The translations under genes were made by a program, and so were the position numbers. Positions 25,341-38,800 of a stretch of 64,000 nt of DNA are shown here, one piece after another. The notes beneath the pieces are model-generated. The model worked only from the letters and a program-made list of their open reading frames with translations, was not told the origin of the DNA and did no database searches. Location: the NCBI GenBank assembly GCA_964276515.1, contig OZ193909.1, positions 16,430,001 to 16,494,000 on the forward strand. The letters run 5' to 3'. The stretch comes from Gordius albopunctatus. Taxonomy: Eukaryota. The number at the start of each line of letters is the position of its first letter. The stretch's first letter is position 1.

Positions 25341-26800
25341 CAGTGGCGTAGCTAGCCTTTTTGCCTTGGGGGGGGGGCTGAGCTGGTCAAATAAGGGGGG
25401 TGGACAAAAAAATTTCCTACGCCCACCTGAATCAAAAATATTTATGTTTGGACAAACTTAAAATTCCGCTACTACTTTGTGTATTTTTTCCATTAACATC
25501 ACACTAATATGTCCCCGAATGTTTATAGGGCATAAAATAAATAAAATTTATTCATAAATAAAACAAAGTGATGTAGTTGAAACAAGATAGAAAATTTTAC
25601 ATGGTATAATAAGTTTTGTATAAATGAATTGTAAGGGTAAAAGTGGAACGGGGATATTGTGAAGAAATCGTTGACATTTTCAAAAATAATGCAAATAGTT
25701 AAAAAAAAAATATATAACAAAGTCTTTATAAAAATTATTGCCACAACGTAAAAAATCTTAGCCATATATATAACAAATTTTAATTTTACATATGCAATAT
25801 TGGCAGCATTTTCAGGCAGCATTTATATCAGGAAAACAATGAGAACATTTAAAAGCCTTTTTAAGGTGATCCTCAAAAGGCGTAATTATACCATAAAATT
25901 TTAAAGAATTAATTATGGAAGTAAAATTCGTTCAAGAATGAGTATTTAGAAGTTATTGCCCCTGATATTATAGATATATTTGCACAGCACAACCCTCCCC
26001 CCCCCCCTTTACATCACCTAAAAATTAAAATGAACTAATAAATTTAACGGCTAAATGAACCTTAAAAATATTCTGTCACAATTAAATGAATCAAAAATTT
26101 TATTTTATAATTTTGGATGAAATTAGAAATGTGAGATGCACAAAACAACTTAGCGTCCAAAGACAAACATAATGAATTTTTTTAGGATTTTTATCCCTTG
26201 AAAGTTTTGATGCGTTAACAATTCTATAAAATTCAGCAATTGGTTATTAATATTAATTTATCAAACTTATGATGGGATATCACTAATGAAGGCGGAAAAA
26301 GGGTGTACAAACAATTTTTTGGAAAACTATTGGCTTTGTATGTGCATGTGGTACATAAAAATATGCAAGATATGTTAAACAATAAGCATGTGAGATGGAC
26401 AATTAAATTGAAACCAGAATGGAATTTTCGTAAATTTAATAATATTTTAATACATTTTGAGTGTTAAAAAGTTTAAAACAAGTTAGATAATTTTTCATTA
26501 AATATTAAAATTAGTCTTTTAATAGTAGTTCATTACGCCTTTTACTCGATGTTGCAAACAAATTTATAATATCATCCGGTGGAATAACTTTTATAAAGTC
26601 ATGTTCTAAGCTCAATAAAGACCTATCTTGTCGAATTGTGGAGCGAAGATAAGCTTTAATCGGTTTTAGCAATGAGAACGATCTTTCGCATGAACATGAA
26701 GTTATTGGGCTAGTTAAAATTATTTTAATCAAAATAGTAAAATTTGGAAACACTATTGGGGGCAAGATTTTAATAAGTGAAAAATATCATTGCATTTTAT
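25341..26800 (-). mobile_element. hAT (ZMYM1/Tip100-like) remnant
   Basis: TIR cagtggcgtagc at 25341; ORF 26511-26765 FPNFTILIKIILTSPITSCSCERSFSLLK (hAT dimerisation domain). A similar remnant starts at 58247. Confidence 0.65.
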
Positions 26801-27078
26801 TTAATTTGAAGATAAAGAGTTAATGTGTTACAAAAATTTGCCATTTTTATTTCGCCGTCTTCTAGTTTTAATTTATATTGGTTAATTATTTCTGATAAAA
26901 GAGATTAATCGCAAAAAAGGGGATGAAGGGTTTAAACCTTCTAAGGACTTATATAAATTACAATTAATTTCCGAAAATCTAATGTTTCTGCTATTATTCT
27001 ATAGATGATAGGATAATATAAATCAATTTTGAAATCAACCTTTCATTTTTATGATTGGAATTTTCTAGAATGCCATTT

Positions 27079-27363
27079 TGTAGTGTAGCGGCATTCAAGG
27101 TTGCAATTTGAATACACGCGTTTTTCCTATACTTGAGCGCGGTCACAGATATTTGAATATACCTTAGTTTACACCGTACTTTATCTCTTATTTGATTACT
27201 ACTTTTATATATGTCTTTCGCTATGTGTATATAAAGCCTTATCAACCTAATAAAACAGTCTCTGTCTTTTGATTTAGTCTCTTGGTTTAGAATCGGGGTT
27301 AGTGTTATACGGGAGCCTAGTATACGGGAGCTTAGGGTTCTACCAGCCGGCCACTTCGTTACA
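27079..27363 (+). mobile_element. Solo LTR (285 bp)
   Basis: TGTAG...TTACA termini, 5-bp TSD cattt on both sides, internal TATATAAA (about 27228) and AATAAA (27249). Confidence 0.65.
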
Positions 27364-27959
27364 CATTTTCAATTAAATTAGTAAGACCTTCAGTGTAACC
27401 TAATTTATGGCTTTGAAATTATTTAATATACTTAATTACTCGAGGTTGAGGATGAAGAGCTATTATTATTACTGTCAATGTCAATGTAATTATTTTTTTC
27501 ATCTATATATATAAAAATCTAAGAATAACTATCAGGGCACTACTAACAAGAGTCATATTGTTATCATCAAGATTTTCCATAAAATTCCGAATTTTTTTTA
27601 ATTATTTGTCAATAAGGGGGGCTGGAGGTTTAATTAAATGCCCTGCCCCTTCCCTACGCCATTTGTTTTTTTTATACTCCACTAAGATATATGTTACAAA
27701 ATTAAGTGAGCTTAAATATCTTACAAAATTAGCTCTATAGTGGCTAGAGTTATCATAACTCAGCGATTGATTTAACCTTTACCCCTAATTAACCCAAATA
27801 CAATAAAATTACTTCATTATAAAATCGATAATGTTTCCAAGTCTCCTTACCTCGTTAAATTTCCAATACCTAATAAATACACGTTTGAACCTGCTTTGAT
27901 TATTTTTGCCTTTTAAATTTTTAAAATACATTGCAAAAAAATTCATTAAGCACTGGATC

Positions 27960-29198
27960 ATGAAAATGGTTACTATAGCCGACTGCACACTAGATTGTCG
28001 AAATGAATCCTTCATCTTTTTATGCAATCACACTATAGCTCAACTTTACAAGGGCTTAGGCTTTATGCTTATGATAACCGGCATCTTTGGCAACGGGTTG
28101 GGAGCGTACGTAATTGTCTTAAGCAATCGTAGGGCTAGAATTAAGAAACGCTTAAGGTCGGAGGCCAATGCAATGGCATCACCACGCGAGCTCAGACATT
28201 CCAAAACCAGTGGGGCGACAACACACTTAGTGAAAAACTACAATGATTTTTATCTCGCTTCATTTTACATAGTCAATTTGGTCAATTCGCTAACTCTCAG
28301 TGTCTCGCCATTGGCTGAGGTGTTTGGGTCGTATGATTATGCGCACAGACACATTTGGTATTCCTACGGCTGGGTGTTCTACTTGGCAAAAATTCACGCT
28401 CCATTAGCCAAAGCATTAGTTTGTTGGGGTTTTCTCATTTACGCCCAATACTTTGCGGCTCAGTTCCTTTCCGTTGCCTATCCTTTCTTGTACCGGGCTC
28501 GAGTCACCGACAAGTCAGTAAGACTTTGTATGATCATTACTTTAATGTATTCTATCGCTTGGAATATTCCTACTAGTCATTGGAGACAACTAGTCACTCT
28601 ACCCGATTGTATGTTTAGCTCTTTCGGTGAATCACTTTCAACTCATTCTCATATTGATTCTTATTATTCGTACAGGATCGTGATAGTAGCGCAAAGAAAT
28701 AAATTGCGACACATAGGATGGCAAATATATCAATTCGTCCACGAGTTAATGACCGCTATCATACCATTTGGATTGATATTAATTTGTAAATTTTATACCC
28801 TCACCAGTCCTAATCTGAAACCTAAAAAGGATGAGAGGGTACTCAACGACGGCGCATCAAATGCATCGACTGCGCTAACAAGTAGTCAAGGGGTTGGCTT
28901 GTCGGAATTGAGAAGAAATATTCGGAGGTCTCACGAATATAAACGACATCAAGTGACACTTCTGATACTGGGTTTTGAATTTATTTTTTGGATGCTTCCC
29001 GTTACTATACTTCAAATGTGCATGGCACATTTCGTACAACGCTATGATCATAAAGTCTTATTAATTAGTTATCACGGTTTAAATATTTTACAATATTTCT
29101 ATATCAGTTTCACCTTTTACCTCAACATGATGTTCAATGTATCCTATCGTAAAAAAGTGATAAATTTATTAAAGAGCAGAAACACAGTATTGCAATAA
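27960..29198 (+). CDS. Intronless rhodopsin-family (class A) GPCR, neuropeptide/FMRFamide-receptor-like, 412 aa
   Basis: Seven hydrophobic segments, TM1 GIFGN, TM3-end FLSVAYPF, TM5 IIPFGLIL, TM6 FIFWMLP, TM7 SFTFYLN..F..SYRK. The first ATG is 27960 (the ORF track starts at an upstream TTG). Confidence 0.8.
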   Translation: MKMVTIADCTLDCRNESFIFLCNHTIAQLYKGLGFMLMITGIFGNGLGAYVIVLSNRRARIKKRLRSEANAMASPRELRHSKTSGATTHLVKNYNDFYLASFYIVNLVNSLTLSVSPLAEVFGSYDYAHRHIWYSYGWVFYLAKIHAPLAKALVCWGFLIYAQYFAAQFLSVAYPFLYRARVTDKSVRLCMIITLMYSIAWNIPTSHWRQLVTLPDCMFSSFGESLSTHSHIDSYYSYRIVIVAQRNKLRHIGWQIYQFVHELMTAIIPFGLILICKFYTLTSPNLKPKKDERVLNDGASNASTALTSSQGVGLSELRRNIRRSHEYKRHQVTLLILGFEFIFWMLPVTILQMCMAHFVQRYDHKVLLISYHGLNILQYFYISFTFYLNMMFNVSYRKKVINLLKSRNTVLQ

Positions 29199-30817
29199 AC
29201 TGAACTAAAAAGTGAAGATATACATAAATATTCCATATGTTTGTTTTGTAATTTAAATTTTAATATTCCATATTAGTTAGCATTGTATAAAAAGATTTCG
29301 GACCTCAAATACAATTATACAACAAATAATTAAACAAAATAAAGATTTTGTGCCTCGCAAAATGTTGATGTATTGAGAAGATTATTTTCTACAGAGACCA
29401 GGTTTGTTTTAATTTTTGTCTCCGAACCCGACCCGGTCCGGTTTTATAACCAAAATGCCTGGCCAAGTATGTCCGCCAGGACATAGTCCTACCCAAAATG
29501 TTAATTTTTAAAAATTTTGCAGTAATTACATAGGATTTTAAAATTTTGTTATTTTATTCAAATTTACGACAGTTTCTCGGCCAGTCCTATGCCAGGCTGA
29601 AAGGATGTCCCTTCTAGTGACATTTTTTAAAGGCCCTTGACATGTAATGAGCAAATAGATCGAATTAAATTTGCCATTAATAATAATAATATCTATACAC
29701 TCTAATTATTTGTTTTACATATTGTTGCAACTTCTCGAGTTTATCTTTTCTAGATAGAAGCAAAAAGGATTGATAAAATTGAAATTTTATTTTATGGGAT
29801 ATAAGTACTGAAATTTAATCATTCAAAGCCCTTTTAGAGCCTTTTTTGCGTACCTCCTTTTTACGTATCCTTTATTAAATTGTCACATATTCAATCGATA
29901 AAGTGACATTGTAATTATTGTTTTTGGCACCCCCATTGAATTTTGTTATAACGCAAAGTATATCATATAATGTATATTTGCTTATCCAAATTACAAAAAT
30001 ATTGATATTCACCACTAAATTTTTCTATTATAATGTTTAAATTTATTTCTATGTAATATTTATCTGAAATATAGGAGGGTGTTATAAAATCCAAATTACT
30101 ACCAAATTTTGTACTATAGGACGACATAGGTAGATATGAATGCCAATATAAAATGAATAAATTATAATAACACCAGCAAAATTACAATATCGGGTAGAGG
30201 AGTTGTTTTCCTGAGAGATTCCGAATTAAAGGTTAGAAAAGCACGGTCCGCATGACCCACGCGCCGAACTAGTCAATGGTCACAAATTTAAATTTTTTGG
30301 CGGGCACCATAACAAAGATTTGGTCAATTAGAGCTCAATAAAATTCTTTCTAGTGTAATATTTGGTTTTCATGTCCTACTTTGTCCCATATTAATCGTAG
30401 TTCTTGTTCAAAAATATATATAAAATTAAATATAAAATTTTGCCAAAAATGAGTCCAACAATTAAAAAATTTATTATTTTACCACCCTCCCCAAGGCATT
30501 TTTGAAAAATGCTTACTCCCTCATTTAAAGTGCTAGCTACGTTAATGGAAAGGATTGAAATAATTATTATTTAGTATTTTAATTATTCGCATGTGTCGTC
30601 TAGACAAATATTTAATAACGCTTCAAGTTTTATTATGGGAAAATGTTTTTTAATATTCAAAGCCAAAGGAGGAGTCGTATGATTTTCGTATAAATGTAAA
30701 AAAATAAGGGCACATGGGCACCCTGAACCTTTGGTTTTTGCATGTAAATGTTCAAATGTTTATTATATAATAAAATGAAACAATAATAGAAAATCAATAT
30801 ATTATAGATAATTTAAC

Positions 30818-32221
30818 AGTACCAAGAGACGGTCAATAAATACATACGAGTCAAAAAAAAACGAAAAAAAAATTTCGATTCACACATTGGCCAATGGTGA
30901 TTTTTTCCATTAGTCAGCAGCCAGCGGACGGCCAAAAAGTCAAATTATCAATCGTATTAACAAGAACAATATATTAGTTTAATTTAAAAAAAATAAAAAT
31001 TTTGCCCTCTCCGGGATTCGAACCCACATCCGTAGAGGCATAGACCTTTGTAGGGGCACAGGTCATTTTTTCCATTGGTCAGTACCAAGAGACGGTTTAT
31101 AAATACATACGAGTCAAAAAAAAACGAAAAAAAATTTCGAATCACACTTTGGCCAATGGTAATTTTTTCCATTGGTCAGCAGCCAGCGGACGGCCAAAAA
31201 GTCATATTATCAATGGTATTAACAAGAACAATATATTAATTTAATTTAAAAAAAATAAAAATTCTGCCGTTCGGGATTCGAACCCACATCAGTAGAGGCA
31301 TAGGCTTTTGTAGGGGCACAGGAACTCATATGAGTAGAGGCATAGGCTTCTGTAGGAGAGGGCACAGGGTAATTATCAATGTTAACCAATTCAAAAACGG
31401 AAAAAAAATTTCGAATAACATTTTGGCCAATGGTCATTTTTTCCATTGGTCAGTAGCCAGAAAATGGTCAAAAAGTCTTATTATCAATGGTATTAACAAG
31501 AACCATATATTAATTTAATTTTAAAAAAAAAATAAAAATTTTGCCCTCTCCGGGATTCGAACCCACAACAATAGTTTGTAGGGGCACAGGGACCCATATC
31601 AGTAGATGCATAGGCCCTTGTAGGGGAGGGCATAGGGTAATTATCAATGTTACCCAATTCAAAAACCAAAATAAACATTTCATATATTTGGCCAATGGTC
31701 ATTTTTTCATTGGTCAGCAGCCAGGGAACGGTCAAAAAGTCATATTATCAATGGTATTAACAAGAACAATATATTAATTTAATTTAAAAAAAAATAAAAA
31801 TTTTGCCCTCTCCGGGATTCGTACCAGCAATTCAGAACGTTCGCCGGGATTCGAACCCATATTATTAGAGGCATAGGCTTTTGTAGGGGCACAGGGACCC
31901 ATATCAGTAGAGGCATAAGCCCTTGTAGGAGAGGACATAGGGTAATTATCAATGTTACCCTATTCAAAAACGAAAAAAAAATTTCGATTTATTTGGCCAA
32001 TGGTCATTTTTTTCATTCGTCAGCAGACAGTGAACGGTCAAAAAGTCATATTATCCATGGTATTTATAAGAACAAAATATTAATTTAATTTAAAAAAAAT
32101 TCGTCCTCTCCCGGGATTGAACTCGAACCTCCAGGTCAGGAAGCTGGTGTAAATAACTTGGTGGACATCAGACATCAACGGACGGACAACAAAAAACGAG
32201 CCCATAAATTGCATAGCAATT
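30818..32221 (-). mobile_element. DINE-1/HINE-like element with a long modular array (hairpin end missing)
   Basis: subTIR end at 32221, five or more hairpin modules, and four tRNA-like cassettes. Confidence 0.75.
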
Positions 32222-32239
32222 AATAAAAGGGACTTAGAT

Positions 32240-34070
32240 CAGATCTTTGATTCAATCCAATACCAACCCGAAAAGGTTTAGAGTCTCCAACTGTAGTCCT
32301 AAAGCACGAAAGTGTCATAAATATTATTTATAAGCCGTATATATGCTCTCAAGCACCACCATATTAAATTGCGAGGCACCGTGTAGGCTTTCTCCAAGTC
32401 GCTAAAGACCATATGTAGGTCTCTTCTCTGTCCACATATATATCCTTCATTTATATTAGTGTGAAGATTGCGTCGATTGGGGAGGTGCCGGCCACAAATC
32501 AAAATGCCGATATTTCCACCTTGTTTTTCAGCCTTGTTACTAAAATTCTTTACTTAAACTTTAAGAATTGGCATGTTAGCTTGGTACCTCTGTAATTGCC
32601 ACACTCCTGAAGGTCTCCTTTGCCTTTGAATAAGGGTAAATCGTTAGCTCTCTATTGATTAAGGATTCGCTCTTAAACCAATATCTTGTTAAAGTTCTTC
32701 GCCACTATTTCATCTGGGCTATTAGCTTTTTCTTTTTGCATCTTGTTCATTTGTGTCCTCCCTTCCTTCTCTAGAGCGACTTGGCTTGAATAAGATTTGA
32801 CCATTCTCGTTTTTGACTATTTTAATGAGTCCGACATCGCATCTTTTCTTCTCCCTTGCCGTGGCCCCTTTATGTTGCAGTTTGTTTGTCATCTCGGTGT
32901 GCGCGGCATGTTTCGCTATTTTAATGGCCTTTTCCGCAGCTTTCTTTTTCTCCCGAAACTCTTGATAATCTTCTGGCATTTTTGAATTATGCCACAGTCT
33001 CTATAGATTTTTCTTTTTTTTTGATTAAATTCCTAACCAATTGATCCCACCACCATAGTTCCTTATTCATAGCTGCCTCCTATAGTCTGTCCTATAACTC
33101 AAATCGCTGTTTCCTTTATGTCCTTAGTTAGCGTCTTTCATCGTCATCTACGTCCCTTTGCAACTTCCTTGCATTCAAGAGTGAGTAGGCTCTTTGATGA
33201 TATTTATTGTTCGTCGACGTATCCTTTAGCGTTTCGTATCAAATTTGAGGTACATAACCCCTTCTTCTTTCGGGAAATACTTTTCTTTCAAGATCTATCA
33301 CAAGTGGACGATGTTGCCTTGCGATCTCCTCTCCAGGTATTATTTCCAATCTTTGAGAGAGTAGATAGTCAATTTGACTAAAATGCTTCGCACTTCTATA
33401 GGCCTTAATATAGACTTCACGTTTTTTAATACGTCTAACGATCGCTATGTCGTGTGCTTGAGATTGTGGGAGAAGTTTTTCCTTTATATGTGAGACCGAC
33501 CATGCCCATAGCATCAATGATTTCGTTCCTACCCAAGGTGATATTTTCGTACGTGAGCGAATTCGCCCCAGTAGTTTTTCGATTCCATACACCCAATTTG
33601 GGGAGCATACGAACACATAACGCTTAGGGCCCCTTGATCTGCAATCTTCACCCACATTAAACTGTCGGAACAACGCTTGACTTGTCCTTGAACGATAGAG
33701 CAATACCGACCCAGTTTCTAATTCGGTGACCCATTGTAGAATAGTTTGTATCCTTCTCCTGACTCGGGAGTCCGGGCTTAGGCTCCATTCCATCTCGTCT
33801 TTTGTAGCCAGGCGATGTATACCTTTCTCTTTTAGCGTTTTTGTGACCTTGATGCTTCCCGTCAACGCTCCCACATTCCATCACTTTTTTCGCATTCAGC
33901 TAAACCCCTAACCGCCTCCGTTGTGAGTCGAGCAGTAAATTTAGTGTATTTTTCTTATTGCACGGGCGGGATAAGCAGTGCGCGTCTTGTGGAGGACGCC
34001 TTTGCTTTTTATTGTAAAATTTTGTTTGAAATCCGACCTGAAGCCAACCCTCCACTTTTTGCACACGGAC
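32240..34070 (-). pseudogene. Degenerate RTE-clade LINE (APE endonuclease to RT start)
   Basis: WNVGALTG, HFSQIDYLL, QHRPLVIDL, WWDQ, DLQECGNYRG, LHMVFSDLEKAY; many frameshifts. Confidence 0.8.
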
Positions 34071-34129
34071 TTGGGACAATCGTAAGTAGTGGGTTATGAT
34101 AAAACAACAATATTTTATTTATACTTTAA

Positions 34130-34950
34130 AGTCAATAAATAGGTTATTGCAAGAGGCGATCAATATCATTATAAATAACCACTCGTGAGTATAACAATGT
34201 TCATAAAAAGTATTGGGGGCAACTATAAACGAAGTGCAATTGTTATAGTTGGTAATCAATTTCAATCAAGACATATTGTACTACATATGAGAAACGATGC
34301 TTTGACACAAGTTACGGACATTTATCGATGTTTTGATCAATTTCAAATTATATTTTGCGATGGTGCTGACGGATATCACTTTAACGTTAATATGAAAAAC
34401 GCAGTCTATAATGAACCGACAAACTTAGCGCTATGAATTATTATTCATACATAATAATGCTTCAAGAGCATGGATATTATATTTAAAAATGCCTTCAATT
34501 AATCCATCATTACATAGTAGATATCTAAGCCAAAATTAAATCAGAACGTCTACCTTTCATCCTTTTATACCAGACCAAAGTTCGGTCAGAAGAATACGTT
34601 TATTAGCGAGATGCAGTTCTTTGCCTAACCATTTTTCCCTATTCATACACCGGAAATCCGCGTCATATGCTTTAATACGTTCAATTGCGTATTTTTTAAC
34701 TACGGTCGTCCAGACCTATTCCTTACATTCAGATGCAATCCTGCATGGCACGATGTAGAGGATGTCTTATATCATGGTCAATCACCCGTCGATAGGCATG
34801 ACTTCACGGCAGGTGTTTTCCAACATAAACTTCAATGATTAATATCATTGTTAAGCATAAGATATTTGGCTATATGAGTGGCTGGATGTACTTTGTGGAA
34901 TGTTAAAAGAGAGGTTTATCGCATGCCCGTATACTCATATGGCTATTTAA
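34130..34950 (+). pseudogene. Helitron RepHel remnant (Rep domain)
   Basis: YGRPDLFLTFRCNPAW (34701), DRHDFTAGVF, and KRGLSHARILIWL (degenerate HUH motif). The frame resumes at 40522 after the hAT insertion. Confidence 0.85.
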
Positions 34951-35447
34951 CAGAGACCAGATTGCCCGGCCCGCTGCCTGAACAGGCCAGACCCATGGGC
35001 CGGGTCGGGCCGGGCAACTGTCCTAAATTTTTATTTTCGGGCGGGCCCGGGCGGGCGGCACGAAGATAGGATTCGGCCAATTCGGACTTAATAAGATTTT
35101 TTAAATAGTGTATTAATTTGTTACTTTCTATTTTATTGCATATTAAAATGCTAAAAAATTTAAGAAACTTGATTTCGCCATCACAAAGTTTCTCCAATTA
35201 ACCTTTATTATTTCCTTATTATTCGTCGCTTTCGCTAAGTTACTACTTATTTTCATGATAAAAAATTTCTATACCTTTCTTTTTTGCTTTAAGTTAAAAG
35301 AATTATCCATAAATTGCATTTAAATTCTATTGATAAATTATTGTCTTTTTATCAAAAAAGTAAGTTTTAACAGAGCACAGATTGACTAATTGAACTAATT
35401 TTATTCATTAAGAAGTTTATTTATGGTTAGGGCAAACGGGTTAACTC

Positions 35448-35831
35448 TGTTAAGTTTAAAGAGCTGTTAAGTTAAAAGATAATGGAAAAATGAATGAATA
35501 CTTTTATTTAATAACATCGCGTTTATATACACATCTCTGCGAGGTTATTTGTGTGTATAATAAGGTGAATTGCGAGACATTCAAATACTTAAATGTATTC
35601 ACTTTTATGATTAGGGTGCGTGAATAATAATTTGAATAAGTCAGGCGATGATAAAGTATAAGCGAGGAGCTATTATTAGGGTGCGTGAATAATAATTTGA
35701 ATAAGTCAGGCGATGATAAAGTATAAGCGAGGAGCTATTAACCAAAGTAACGTGTTAGAATTTGCCTAGACGGGGTCAAGGGAAAGTAGCGTGCGAAAGG
35801 AGGTTTTTTAATTAAATTCGTAGCCTCTACA
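35448..35831 (-). repeat. 3' LTR of the Gypsy element
   Basis: Identical to 39810-40193 except one substitution seen (35555 G vs 39917 A); contains a 65-bp tandem duplication. Confidence 0.95.
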
Positions 35832-35864
35832 ACTATCATCGGGCCTTCACTCGGAGAGTTGTGG

Positions 35865-38800
35865 TTAGTGTAGTAGTTTATAGCGCCAATGCACGTGCCT
35901 TCCTCTCGATGTGATGTATGGGTTTTCTTTTGATTTTGTTAGGTCTGGGTCGGAGTTAGCTGGTTCAGCGATTTTGTCGGTAGGCCTAGATTTGGATGGA
36001 TTTGAATTTTCGGTATCCGTAAACGGCTGAGTTGAAGTATCTAAATATGCAGGTTTCAGTCGCTCGATCGAAATTGAGTCAGCTTTTCCGTTTTTTTCAA
36101 TAATGAAATATTTAGCATGTTTGGACTTTACTCTGAACGGTCCGTCATATGGTGGCACCAAACTTTTTCGAACGAAATCATTACGGATAAAAACGTATTT
36201 ACATTCCCTAAGAAGTGAAGTTGTATCCGCATTTGTCGATTTTGTCCTCACCTTTTTAAAAGGCAAATGGTAAAAATGTTGTTTTAGGCCTTTAATAAAT
36301 TCGGAGGCGTTGTGAGGTGTACTTGAGTTCGTGAAAAATTCGCCGGGAAGTCTAAGTGTAGTGCCATAAACTAATTCGGCTGGAGTGCAACCTAAGTATT
36401 CCTTGATGGTGGTTCGAATGCCAAGCAAAATTAATGGTAAGAGCTCATCCCATTTGGTTGTGTCACCTTGTGCCATCAAGGAACTTTTCAGCTGTCGATG
36501 AAATCTCTCAATCATGCCATTAGCTTGTGGGTGATAGGCAGTGGTTGTGATGTGATTTACACCAAGAAGTTGCGTGAGATTCCGAAATAATTGGGACTCA
36601 AACTGGGGACCTCTATCTGTTGTGAGGCTTGATGGTACTCCGAGGTCAGCTATCCAATACTTGATCAGAGCTTTTGCAACCGTTTGGGCTGAGGTGTCAT
36701 GGATCGGCATGGCGACAGGCCATCGTGTGAAACGGTCAATAATCGTGAGTAAGTGGGTATATCCATTTGACGGTGGTAGTGGACCAACGAGATCGACGTG
36801 GATGTGGCTAAATCGAGCGTCTGGTTCAGCAAATGTACCTAAAGGGGCCTTTATGTGACGATGAATTTTCGATTTTTGACAAGCAACGCATGATTTGGCC
36901 CATTTTCTTACATCCATATTGATGGAGGGCCAAACATATCGGCGTGAAATCAGCTTAAGTGTTGCACGCGTACCAGGGTGTGATAAGTTGTGGAAGTTAT
37001 CGAAAATTACGCGTCTGAGTGAAGTTGGGACGAGTGGTCGAGGTGAGGTTGTGGACATGTCGCATTGCACGGTCAAATCAGAGCCCGGTATAGGAAGTTG
37101 CGTTATTTTTAGAGACTTTAGGTCTTGAAATGTCGAATTTTCTTCCATCTGAGCCAAAGCTAACCTTTCAACTAGAGGCCTGTCTTTAAAATCAACGGAA
37201 TTAATTTCAGACCTTGAGAGGGTGTCAGCGACTACATTTGATTTGCCAGCTATATATTGTAGATCGGTAGAATATTGCGAAATATAGTCTAACTGTCTAA
37301 TCTCCCGCGGGGAGTATTTGTCGATAGGTGTACTGAAAGCATAAGTTAGTGGCTTGTGGTCTGTATAAATTATGAATTCATGACCCTCTAAAAAATGGCG
37401 GTAATGGCGGATTGTTAAATATATTGCTAATAATTCGCGACCGAATGCACTATATCGTTGTTGAGTTTTTGTTAGCTTTTGGGAAAAAAAAGCTAAAGGC
37501 AGCGTCTTATCGTTAGTTGTTTGATGTAATACGGCTCCTACGGCTGAGCTGGAGGCGTCGGTGGTGATTGAGAATTTAGCGTCTTTTTGAAGATGGGAAA
37601 GAGGCACGACATTGCTTAAAGCGAGTTTGGCATTGTTAAAAGCAGTCGAAGCTTCCGGGGTGCAGGATATTGTCTTCTTTGAACCGTCGAGCATATCGGT
37701 GAGAGGTTTGAGTAAATCGGCACACATTGGAATAAAACGTCTATAAAAATTAATCATCCCTAAGAAGCGTCTCAACTGAGTCATCGAGGTAGGCTGTGGG
37801 AAATTGAGGATTGCTTCCACCTTGTCCTGAAGGGGTGACAAACCTTGAGGGGTGATTTTGTGTCCCAAAAAAAAAATTTCGTTTTGGCACCATACGTATT
37901 TATCCTGACTGATTTTAATACCGAAAGTCTTGAGTCTTTCAAAAACCAGTCTAATATGATTGTGGTGTTCGTTAATGGAAGAACTCGCGATGAGAACGTC
38001 GTCAAGGTAAACAAAAACAAAGTCAAGTTCTCTAAAAACTTGGTCCATAAAGCGTTGAAACGTCTGAGCAGCGTTGCGAAGGCCAAATGGCATGCGAAGA
38101 AATTCAAAAAGACCGAACGGGGTTGTGATGGCGGTTTTAGAAATATCCTCTGGGGCCATTGGAATTTGGTGGTAAGCCCTGACTAAATCGATCTTTGAGA
38201 ATACCGTTTTATTGCAAAGGGTCAGCGCAAAGTCATGGAGGTGTGGAAGGGGATAACGATCGGGAATTGTACGACTGTTGAGCATGCGATAGTCGCCACA
38301 AGGTCTCCAATCTCCCGCGGCCTTCTTGGGTACCATGTGCAGGGGTGAGGACCAGTCACTGTTAGAGGGACGGATTATACCAAGTTCGAGCATGTGAGTA
38401 AATTCGTCTCGGGCAATCTTAAGCTTGTCCGGGAAAAGTCTCCTTGGTTTTGAGTGAACCGGAGGGCCGTTGGTGTGGATGTGGTGTTGAGTGCTGTGAG
38501 TTACTTGAGCCTTATAATCAGAAGGGGACACTATGGAGGCATACTTCTGAAGTAGTGATTTGATGGGAGAGGTGCCAATTATCCCAACTTGTATGTTGAT
38601 TGACGTCGCGAGTGTAACCTTACCTGCAGATGTTAATGTCGTTTGAGTATCGAAGAGCTGCTTCTTTTTTATATCAACTACCAGATGGTAGTGATTAAGA
38701 AAATCGGCTCCGATTATTGGCTGTTTAACGTCTGCAATTGTAAAAATCCATCTAAATTCCTTGCGTAGGCCGAGGTCCAAAGTGAAAAGCTTTTGGCCAT

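Noticed and set aside
30818..32221. CRISPR-like array (palindromic repeat alternating with other sequence)
   Set aside because: The intervening segments are themselves repeated modules rather than unique spacers, the context is eukaryotic, no cas genes are present, and HINE termini explain the structure.
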